Source: Gammaproteobacteria bacterium
GTDB lineage: Bacteria; Pseudomonadota; Gammaproteobacteria; JACCXJ01
DNA: 32,028 bases
Assembly: GCA_050740575.1 (NCBI GenBank)
Contig: JBOIDM010000038.1
Coordinates: 1-32,028 of the forward strand
Direction of reading: 5' to 3'
Each line of letters opens with the position of its first letter. Position 1 is the stretch's first letter. Positions 25,123 through 32,028 of the stretch are shown piece by piece. The notes beneath the pieces are model-generated. The model was not told where the DNA came from and searched no databases. It saw nothing but the letters and a program-made list of their open reading frames with translations. Position numbers and translations under genes: made by a program.

Positions 25123-26994
25123 ATGCAGCCGTCGCGTAACTCCCTCGCCAGCCTTACCGTGGGCGCCATCGGCGTGGTCTACGGCGATATCGGCACCAGT
25201 CCCTTGTATACGATCCGAGAGGTGTTTCATGGCCCGCACGGGATCGCGATCACGCACGGAAACGTACTCGGGATCTTGTCCCTCATCGTCTGGGCCTTGC
25301 TGATCGTGGTCTCGCTCAAATACGTGGTGCTGATCCTGCAGGCCGACAACAACGGCGAGGGGGGGATTATGGCGCTGATAGCCCTGGTCAGGCGCACGGT
25401 GGCGCCCGAATCGCGGCCGGCCTGGTCACTGATGTTACTCGGGCTCTTCGGCGCAGCGCTGTTTTACGGCGACGGCATCATCACGCCGGCCATCTCGGTG
25501 CTGAGCGCCGTGGAGGGCCTCAAGGTCGGAACCTCGGCGCTCGCGCCCTACGTGATCCCGATCACCCTGGTTGTGCTCTGCACCCTCTTTACGTTTCAGC
25601 GCCGGGGCACGGCGCGCGTGGCGGCGGCCTTCAGCCCCATCATGTGTGTTTGGTTTTTGAGCCTCGCGGTGCTTGGGGCAATGGCGATCATCGACGAGCC
25701 CCGGGTGCTTCGGGCGCTCAATCCCGTCTACGGCATCCAATTTTTCGCCGACCACCCGCGTGATGCATTTTTTTCGCTCGGCGCCGTGGTGCTGGCCATC
25801 ACCGGGGGCGAGGCTTTGTATGCCGATCTCGGGCATTTCGGCAAGCGCCCCATTCGTCTTGCTTGGTTCGGGTTTGTGCTGCCCGCCCTCCTCATCAACT
25901 ACTTCGGTCAAGGCGCATTGCTCTTGCGCGATCCCGGCGCCGCCCAAAACCCGTTCTATCTCTTGGTGCCTTCCTGGGCGCTCTACCCCATGGTGGCCTT
26001 GGCGACGGTCGCAACGGTGATCGCTTCTCAAGCCGTCATCTCGGGAACGTTTTCGATCACGCGCCAAGCGATACAGCTCGGCTATTGCCCGCGGTTACGG
26101 GTCGTGCACACCTCGGCAGCCGAGATAGGCCAGATTTATCTTCCGGCCCTCAACTGGGGATTGCTGATCGGGACCGTAGGCTTGGTGCTCGCCTTCGAAT
26201 CGTCGAGTAATCTGGCGGCGGCCTATGGCATCGCGGTCACTGGCACCATGGCCATCGATACCGTGCTGGCCTTCGTGGTGATCCGGGGTTTATGGGGATG
26301 GAGCAGGCTGACCACGGTTATCGGCGCCGTGTTCTTCATCAGCATCGACCTAGCATTTTTCACTGCCAATTCGCTCAAGATCATCCAAGGAGGGTGGGTC
26401 CCGATAGTGATGGCGGCAGGGGTATTCACCCTGCTCGCCACCTGGAAACGGGGGCGGGCGGTGCTCGCCGACCGACTGCGTGAGGAAGCCATCGCCCTCG
26501 ATTCGGTGCTATACGGTTTCGCCGAGGGCGCGCCGCAACGCGTTCCCGGTACTGCGGTGTTTCTCACGGCCAATCGCGAAGGCGCGCCCCATGCCCTACT
26601 GCACAATCTGGCCCACAACAAGGTCCTGCACGAACGGGTGGTGTTCTTGACCGTCATCACGGAGGATATTCCCTGGGTCGCCGAGAATCGCCGCATCGGG
26701 GTACAGCCGCTTGCGAATAATTTCTTTCGCATCCTCGTCCGCTACGGCTTCCAGGATGACCCCGATATTCCTAAGGCCTTGGCCATGTGCCGTCCCTTGG
26801 GCCTCGAGTTCAATCAGCTCGAAACCTCGTTCTTCTTGAGCCGCGAGACCATGATCCCGACCGTGAGGCCGGGCATGGCGCGCTGGCGGGAAAAGCTCTT
26901 CATCGCGATGTCGCGCAACGCGGGGAGCGCGATGGATTTCTTCAAGATCCCGACGAACCGGGTGATCGAGCTGGGAACCCAGATCGAGATCTGA
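25123..26994 (+). CDS. kup: KUP/HAK/KT family potassium uptake protein
   Basis: ORF 25033..26994 was trimmed to the ATG at 25123 (MQPSRNSLASLTVGAIGVVYGDIGTSPLYT, the family N-terminal signature). It has about 12 hydrophobic segments, a cytoplasmic C-domain and a conserved ...RVIELGTQIEI end. Confidence 0.95.
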   Translation: MQPSRNSLASLTVGAIGVVYGDIGTSPLYTIREVFHGPHGIAITHGNVLGILSLIVWALLIVVSLKYVVLILQADNNGEGGIMALIALVRRTVAPESRPAWSLMLLGLFGAALFYGDGIITPAISVLSAVEGLKVGTSALAPYVIPITLVVLCTLFTFQRRGTARVAAAFSPIMCVWFLSLAVLGAMAIIDEPRVLRALNPVYGIQFFADHPRDAFFSLGAVVLAITGGEALYADLGHFGKRPIRLAWFGFVLPALLINYFGQGALLLRDPGAAQNPFYLLVPSWALYPMVALATVATVIASQAVISGTFSITRQAIQLGYCPRLRVVHTSAAEIGQIYLPALNWGLLIGTVGLVLAFESSSNLAAAYGIAVTGTMAIDTVLAFVVIRGLWGWSRLTTVIGAVFFISIDLAFFTANSLKIIQGGWVPIVMAAGVFTLLATWKRGRAVLADRLREEAIALDSVLYGFAEGAPQRVPGTAVFLTANREGAPHALLHNLAHNKVLHERVVFLTVITEDIPWVAENRRIGVQPLANNFFRILVRYGFQDDPDIPKALAMCRPLGLEFNQLETSFFLSRETMIPTVRPGMARWREKLFIAMSRNAGSAMDFFKIPTNRVIELGTQIEI

Positions 26995-28105
26995 GCGGAG
27001 AACTGCGCAGCTCGTGCAGCGTCCAAATAGCCATCGTCAGGAGCACAAGCGCCCCCGCCTGATGGGCCAGGGCGAGGGGTAACGGCATAACGAAGATCAA
27101 GGTCGAAATGCCGAGCGTGACTTGCAAGGCAGCGGCCGCGGCCAGGCCGTGCAAGGTCAGGCGGGCGCGGCCGGGCGGGGCCGAGCGCAACCCCGCGCGC
27201 CAAAAGATTAGTATGGCCGAGAAGCTGAGGAGAGCGAGAACACGGTGCGTAAATTGGACCGTGATGAGGTTCTCGAACAGGTTCCGGTACCCCGGTTCCA
27301 GGCGCCATAATCCGTCGGGGATCCACCGGCCTGCCATCCGCGGAAAGGTGTTGTAGGCGAGCCCCGCGTCGAGTCCGGCCACAAAGCCGCCCGAGAGCAG
27401 GGTTACGAAGACGAGACATAGAACGCCGAACCCGGCACGGGAATTTGATCGTGATCCTTGCGCCGCAATTCGCGGGCGCAAGAGGCCCAGCGCGACCCAG
27501 AGCATGTAGGCATAGATCAACGCCGCAAGCCCGAGATGGGCGCTCAGGCGATATTGGCTGACATCGGGCCGATCAACGAGGCCGCTCTTCACCATATACC
27601 AGCCGAGCGCGCCCTGAAGCCCGCCGAGCGCGAATAGCATGGCGAGCTTGGGAATGAGCGTGCCTCCAATGCGGCGGCGGAGCGCGAAATAAAGGCACGG
27701 CACGAGAAACGCGACCCCGATGAGCCGCCCCCAGAGCCGGTGCAGGTATTCCAACCAAAAAATGGCTTTGAACTCGCCGAGCGTCATGCCCCGATTGAGT
27801 TTCTGGTATTCGGGATAGCGTTGGTATTGTGCGAAGGCATCCTCCCACGCCGGCGCGGTGAGCGGTGGTATTATGCCCGTCACGGGTTTCCATTCGACGA
27901 TCGAGAGCCCCGCGTGCCTGAGCCGCGTGACGCCTCCCAGCAGCACCATGATGGCGATCAGGGCGCAGCAGATGATGAGCCACAACGCGATGGGCCGGGC
28001 GCTCGCGGCGGTGTGCGTATAGGGTGCGCTGGACACACTCTGCAGCCCGCCTGTATGTTGTCCTACTGCCACGTATGTTTCTGTCCTCCGTTCAAAGTAC
28101 GCCAT
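26942..28105 (-). CDS. ctaA: Heme A synthase (COX15/CtaA family)
   Basis: LGGVTRLRHAGLSIVEWKPVTGIIPPL...W...F..Y...PEY, GEFKAIFWLEYLHRLWGRLIG, and later HRVLA / HQAGALV His-containing TM helices. ORF 26942..28198 was trimmed to Met32 (ATG 28103-28105) so that a 114-bp divergent promoter region remains. The start is uncertain. The 3' end overlaps kup by 53 nt. Confidence 0.8.
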   Translation of the reverse strand: MAYFERRTETYVAVGQHTGGLQSVSSAPYTHTAASARPIALWLIICCALIAIMVLLGGVTRLRHAGLSIVEWKPVTGIIPPLTAPAWEDAFAQYQRYPEYQKLNRGMTLGEFKAIFWLEYLHRLWGRLIGVAFLVPCLYFALRRRIGGTLIPKLAMLFALGGLQGALGWYMVKSGLVDRPDVSQYRLSAHLGLAALIYAYMLWVALGLLRPRIAAQGSRSNSRAGFGVLCLVFVTLLSGGFVAGLDAGLAYNTFPRMAGRWIPDGLWRLEPGYRNLFENLITVQFTHRVLALLSFSAILIFWRAGLRSAPPGRARLTLHGLAAAAALQVTLGISTLIFVMPLPLALAHQAGALVLLTMAIWTLHELRSSPLRSRSGFPARSPGSSGS

Positions 28106-28219
28106 TATCCATGACCCGTCCCGGTAGTAAAACCAACCGCTCTGCGCACGGCGGCGCCTGGGCCATGGCTCGCGGCATCTGGAACTGCGATAATCCATAA
28201 TTCATCCGGAGGTGAATCT

Positions 28220-28531
28220 ATGCGATTTCTTGTCAAGGTGAACATCCCGGTCGAAGCCGGGAACGAGGCGGCGAAGGCCGGAAAGCTCGGTACAACCATC
28301 CAGTCCATACTGGCGGATCTGAAGCCTCAGGCCGCGTATTTCACGGACGACAGTGGTGAACGGACGGCGTTTATCTTCCTCGACATGCAGGACGCCTCAC
28401 AGATCCCCGCGATTGCCGAGCCGTGGTTCCTAGCGTTCAATGCGAGTATTGAGTTCCATCCGGTGATGGTGCCAGAAGATCTAACCAGGGCTAGCAGTGC
28501 CATTGAAGCGGCCGTCAAAAAGTACGCCTGA
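28220..28531 (+). CDS. Small conserved protein of unknown function (DUF3303-like alpha/beta fold suspected)
   Basis: Strong GGAGGTGA Shine-Dalgarno box 5 nt upstream of the ATG. The pattern MRFLVKVNIPVE...LADLKPQAAYFTDDSGERTAFIFLDMQDASQIPAIAEPWFLAFNASIEFHPVMVPEDL recalls a widespread ~100-aa family I have seen annotated as hypothetical. No function is known to me. Confidence 0.55.
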   Translation: MRFLVKVNIPVEAGNEAAKAGKLGTTIQSILADLKPQAAYFTDDSGERTAFIFLDMQDASQIPAIAEPWFLAFNASIEFHPVMVPEDLTRASSAIEAAVKKYA

Positions 28532-28743
28532 CAGCGCGGCGCCACCCAAGGAAGCCTTTTCGCGTACGCGACATCTGGCCTCAGCAACGAACACGTAACG
28601 GCCACTGGAATCCCGCCCAGCCGCCGAAGGGGGGATCGCAGCTTTTGCTGCAACCGACGACAGAAAAGAGGCGAGGATCTGGATAACAGCAAGGGGATCG
28701 AAGCACCGTTGATCATACGTCCAGAACTCCCGAGTGCGGAAAC

Positions 28744-30045
28744 ATGGTCTGGCATGAGAACACGCCCACCGATGCGGCGGGTAAAAAACCATCCTCCGAT
28801 CGCAAGCCGCAAGTCGTGATCGTCGGGGCCGGATTCGGCGGGCTGGCCGCGGCAAAGGCGCTAGCCCGCGCGCCGGTCGCCGTCACCATCGTGGACCGTC
28901 ACAACTACCATTTGTTTCAACCGCTGCTCTATCAGGTCGCCACCGCCGGCCTCTCACCGGGCGATATCGCCTGGCCCATCCGCCGCTTGCTCCGGCGTCA
29001 GCCGAACGCGCGGGTCTTGATGGGCGAAGTGACTGCGGTCGACACAGCACGGAAAGTGCTGCACATGGGCGGGCGATCGCTGCCCTATGATTATCTGGTG
29101 TTATCGACAGGTGTCAGGCACGACTACTTCGGTCACGGAGACTGGGAGGCGTTTGCCCCCGGACTCAAGCACCTCGACGACGCCACGGCGATCCGGCGGC
29201 GCATCCTGTCCGCCTTCGAGCAGGCCGAGATGGAAGCCGATGAGCGCGAGCGGGAACGTCTGCTGACCTTCGTGATCGTCGGCGCGGGACCGACGGGGGT
29301 GGAGCTGGCCGGGGCTATCGCGGAGCTGGCGCGCAAGGCACTATCGGCCGACTTCCGCCATATCGATCCGCGCAGCGCCCGCATCCTGCTCGTCGAGGCC
29401 GGTCCGCGCGTGCTCCCGGCCTTCCCCGAACCCCTCTCGCAGTTCGCCCTCGCCTCGCTAGGACGGCTCGGCGTCGAGGTGCGCTTGGGCCAGCCGGTGA
29501 CGGCTTGCGACGCGGACGGCGTGACGCTCGGCGACAGCCCCATTCCCGCGGCCACCCTCCTGTGGGCGGCGGGGGTCGCGGCCGCGCCGGCGGCGCAGTG
29601 GCTGCGCGCCGAGCACGATCACGCCGGCCGCGTCATCGTGAAGCCCGATCTCTCCGTGCCGGGTTTACCCGACGTGTTCGTGATCGGCGATGCGGCACTC
29701 GTGCTGGACCCCCAGGGTAGGCCCGTACCCGGGATTGCTCCGGCCGCCAAACAAGCGGGTGTCTATGTCGCGCGCCTAATCCGGGCGCGGATCGCGGGAC
29801 AGGCCCCACCTCCGGCGTTTCGCTATCGTAACCGCGGAAACCTCGCCACCGTCGGGCGCAAATCGGCGGTCATCGACTTCGGGTGGCTACGTCTTAAAGG
29901 GAATCTCGCTTGGTGGATTTGGGGCCTCGCGCACATTTATTTCCTCATCAGCTTGCGCAACCGCCTGGTCGTCGCCCTGCAGTGGCTCTGGTCTTATCTG
30001 ACTTTCGAGCGCGGCACCCGCCTTATCACCGGGTCCGATCGATGA
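28744..30045 (+). CDS. ndh: Type II NADH:quinone oxidoreductase (NDH-2)
   Basis: First Rossmann motif VVIVGAGFGGLAAAKAL, then HNYHLFQPLLYQVATAGL, a second dinucleotide motif FVIVGAGPTGVELAGAIAEL, then VFVIGDAA and a C-terminal amphipathic/membrane region WWIWGLAHIYFLI. Confidence 0.9.
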   Translation: MVWHENTPTDAAGKKPSSDRKPQVVIVGAGFGGLAAAKALARAPVAVTIVDRHNYHLFQPLLYQVATAGLSPGDIAWPIRRLLRRQPNARVLMGEVTAVDTARKVLHMGGRSLPYDYLVLSTGVRHDYFGHGDWEAFAPGLKHLDDATAIRRRILSAFEQAEMEADERERERLLTFVIVGAGPTGVELAGAIAELARKALSADFRHIDPRSARILLVEAGPRVLPAFPEPLSQFALASLGRLGVEVRLGQPVTACDADGVTLGDSPIPAATLLWAAGVAAAPAAQWLRAEHDHAGRVIVKPDLSVPGLPDVFVIGDAALVLDPQGRPVPGIAPAAKQAGVYVARLIRARIAGQAPPPAFRYRNRGNLATVGRKSAVIDFGWLRLKGNLAWWIWGLAHIYFLISLRNRLVVALQWLWSYLTFERGTRLITGSDR

Positions 30046-30058
30046 CACCCAGGGCTTG

Positions 30059-30421
30059 TCACACCCTCTCACCCCGGTAAATACATCCGGCCGTGCAGGT
30101 CTCGCGGACGACGACTTTTGTAAGCTGCGAAAGGCCGGGTTTCAACCGCTGCCAGATCCAACGCGCCAGGTTCTCACTGGTCGGGTTCTCCAGGCCCTCG
30201 ATATCGTTGAGACAGCGATGATCCAGGGTCTCGAAAAGCGGTTGGAATTTCTCACCGATTTCAGCGAAATCCATGACCCAACCGCTTTTCGGTTCCAGCA
30301 CGCCACGGATATGGATCGCGATGTGGAACGAGTGGCCATGGAGGCGGCGGCACTTGTGGCCCTCGGGGACGTTAGGCAGGAGGTGCGCGGCCTCGATCGA
30401 GAATTCCTTGAATATCTCCAT
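30059..30421 (-). CDS. queD: 6-carboxy-5,6,7,8-tetrahydropterin synthase
   Basis: 120 aa. [28 protein letters not shown] (CxxxHGH zinc/catalytic motif), GWVMDFAEI and LDHRCLNDI, near-collinear with E. coli QueD (YgcM) as I recall it. Confidence 0.9.
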   Translation of the reverse strand: MEIFKEFSIEAAHLLPNVPEGHKCRRLHGHSFHIAIHIRGVLEPKSGWVMDFAEIGEKFQPLFETLDHRCLNDIEGLENPTSENLARWIWQRLKPGLSQLTKVVVRETCTAGCIYRGERV

Positions 30422-30688
30422 GACCGGTCATCCTAGCGCTTTTTCGGCTGTCGTTGGAGCAACACCCTTGCACGCTCGGCGAATGTTGTCACAAAACGGT
30501 CATGCTTCTTTGCTACAAGTTGGCTGTAATCCTCGGCAGCAGATGGGTTACCCGTGCAAAAGCGACGAGACGGGTTGGCACCACTCACTGGAACCGATTT
30601 CGCAAGGAGCCCGGTACTGGTGCAGCTCGACGCGCCGCTGGGACGAACTAATGGCCATGAACGCTAACACGCCGCGGGGGTGAGGGAA

Positions 30689-31222
30689 ATGTCCGACAGG
30701 ATATACAATGTCCTATTCCTATGCACCGGCAACTCGGCCCGCAGCATCTTCGCGGAGTCGATAACGAATCGCCTCGGGCGCGGGAAGTTCCAAGCATTCA
30801 GCGCGGGCAGCCATCCAAAAGGGAAAGTGCATCCGCTTGCATTGAACCTGCTTCAGCGCCTCAACTTCTCGACCGAAGGGCTCCGCAGCAAGGGCTGGGA
30901 GGAGTTCTTGGGTCCGTCTGCACCGGCTATGGATTTCGTCTTCACGGTCTGTGACCGGACAGCCGCCGAGGTATGCCCAGTGTGGCCCGGACAGCCCATG
31001 ACCGCCCATTGGGGTGTCGCAGATCCAGCCGAAGCCCAAGGCACCGACTTGGAGCGCCTGCAGGCGTTCCGCACCGCCTTCAAGGAGCTGGAGAATCGCA
31101 TCGCAATCTTCACCAATCTGCCGATCGCGTCCCTGGATCACCTCAAGCTCCAAGAACGGCTCCACGAGATTGGGCGCGCGCGTGCCGCGGTCGAGGTCGA
31201 ACCTTCCAGCGCCTCGGCCTAG
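30689..31222 (+). CDS. arsC: Arsenate reductase, LMW-phosphatase family (thioredoxin-coupled type)
   Basis: The ATG at 30689 is preceded by GGGGGTGAGGG (the track starts at GTG 30680). P-loop is LFLCTGNSARS. The downstream Cys pair is in FTVCDRTAAEVCPVWPG, and HWGVADP is also present. Confidence 0.9.
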   Translation: MSDRIYNVLFLCTGNSARSIFAESITNRLGRGKFQAFSAGSHPKGKVHPLALNLLQRLNFSTEGLRSKGWEEFLGPSAPAMDFVFTVCDRTAAEVCPVWPGQPMTAHWGVADPAEAQGTDLERLQAFRTAFKELENRIAIFTNLPIASLDHLKLQERLHEIGRARAAVEVEPSSASA

Positions 31223-31270
31223 CATCACGCGCATCGTCGCGGCTTCGCGTAGCCTCTGTTCCTTCCCTGA

Positions 31271-31676
31271 TCCCAGATGAGCTCGGCGACTGCCGCCACC
31301 ACTGCCGAGGGTCGAAACCTCGAGCTTGAGCGCGCCCGAGTCCACGGCCTTATCTACGGCGTCCTTTGGGAAGCTGATCGATCGGGCCGAGAGCTCACTT
31401 GGGACGATCTGGAGAGTGCGTTGCTGGCCCCGCGCCAAACTGCTTCAAGAAGAGCTTGCGGGACGCGTTGCGGAAATGACCAGCCGTAACCTCGTCATAT
31501 TGTCAATCGTGACCACCGTGTTTCTACCGATCACCTTGATCACCGGCATATTCGGAATGAATGTCGCCGGCCTTCCCGGATTGGAGGATCGGTCGGCGTT
31601 CTGGTGCGTGATGCTGGGGATGACTGGCGTAGTGCTCCTTCTGGTCATACTCCTGCATCTGAAGCGGCTCTTCTAG
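31271..31676 (+). pseudogene. 5'-truncated, frameshifted remnant of a CorA/ZntB-family divalent cation transporter
   Basis: The frame of ORF 31326..31676 gives RAKLLQEELAGRVAEMTSRNLVILSIVTTVFLPITLITGIFGMNVAGLPG plus a final TM, that is, the GMN motif and both C-terminal TMs. The preceding conserved block (LWEADRSGRELTWDDLESALLAPR) is in a different frame (ORF 31277..31489), implying a frameshift near 31425-31440. That frame is closed by TGA at 31268-31270, so only about 130 of the roughly 320 expected codons remain. Confidence 0.6.
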
Positions 31677-31708
31677 CCGCTCACCGGCCGAGGGGGACTA
31701 GCCTGCCT

Positions 31709-32028
31709 TCACGTGGGCTTCCCGGTGAGCGCAGCGGGCGGTCGCACGTCCTCGCCCGTAACCTGATAAATCACGTTCTCGCGCAGGTTGACGGTATATT
31801 CGCCGATGCGCTCGAGCGCGCTCAGCGCCAGCACCACGCCGATCACTTGACCGATCAACCGTGCGTCCTCCAGAACGAAGGTGGTGAGCTGCCGTAGATC
31901 GGAGCTAAGCCATGAAATCAGCTCTTTGCGCGCACCCAGACCCTCCTCCGCCGCCGCCACATCCCCGCGGTCGAAGATCTCCAGGGCCTGCCGCAAGTGT
32001 CCGGAGGCCGCACGTCCCATCCCGATCA
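31709..32028 (-). CDS. phoU: Phosphate signalling complex protein PhoU (3' half; start lies beyond the window end)
   Basis: ...ALEIFDRGDVAAAEEGLGARKELISWLSSDLRQLTTFVLEDARLIGQVIGVVLALSALERIGEYTVNLRENVIYQVTGED matches the second PhoU repeat (ALERIGDhatNIaEdvIY). The reading frame stays open to the window edge upstream of the Met listed in the track. Confidence 0.85.
   Translation of the reverse strand, partial: IGMGRAASGHLRQALEIFDRGDVAAAEEGLGARKELISWLSSDLRQLTTFVLEDARLIGQVIGVVLALSALERIGEYTVNLRENVIYQVTGEDVRPPAALTGKPT

Noticed and set aside
30422-30688. Possible preQ1 riboswitch in the queD leader (A-rich ...CCGAAAAAGCGCTAGGATG... just before the start), a sigma-54 promoter (TGGCACCACTCACTGG) or an sRNA in the 267-bp spacer.
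   Set aside because: I could not build the preQ1-I P1 stem and loop with the conserved loop nucleotides. The TGGCAC element lacks the TTGC at the -12 spacing. The only stems found (ACCCGT/ACGGGT and GCACCA/TGGTGC) are short with long loops. There is no positive evidence for an RNA element.

Overview
GC-rich (by eye well above 60% GC), gene-dense chromosomal segment that looks proteobacterial. I can support about 33 protein-coding genes, one decayed gene and no RNA genes. I saw no tRNA/rRNA, CRISPR array, transposase, integrase or recognisable prophage or defence island. Left to right: the tail of a GGDEF gene; a minus-strand ABC ATPase / ABC-2 permease / GldG-like / DUF4340 cassette; a plus-strand pair of a membrane-anchored MutS-core ATPase and an RMD1/DUF155-like protein; a YbaK-like deacylase; an EAL-HDOD protein; a small protein built from 29-aa tandem repeats; a six-gene minus-strand array (orphan 384-aa protein, YadG/YadH-like ABC-2 exporter, mtgA, periplasmic binding-protein-like protein, YVTN beta-propeller); nspC translationally coupled to sixA, then a GAF histidine kinase, a CheY-like regulator and a REC-PAS-GGDEF-EAL regulator; a PghP/DUF867-like protein; ssb; ispG; a hemerythrin-like protein coupled to purN; kup; ctaA/COX15; a small conserved protein; ndh (NDH-2); queD; an orphan arsC; a truncated and frameshifted CorA/ZntB remnant; and the 3' half of phoU. 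Most of this is ordinary housekeeping and signalling content. I do not see a system I can call novel with confidence. The best candidates for uncharacterised biology are the MutS-core/DUF155 membrane pair with its repeated upstream motif, the 29-aa repeat protein, and the orphan 384-aa protein heading the ABC-2/mtgA/periplasmic array. Family names come from motifs I recognise by eye, not from searches. The ORF track shows GTG/TTG starts as M (checked at 1069-1071 and 21986-21988), so several long ORFs were trimmed to internal ATGs.
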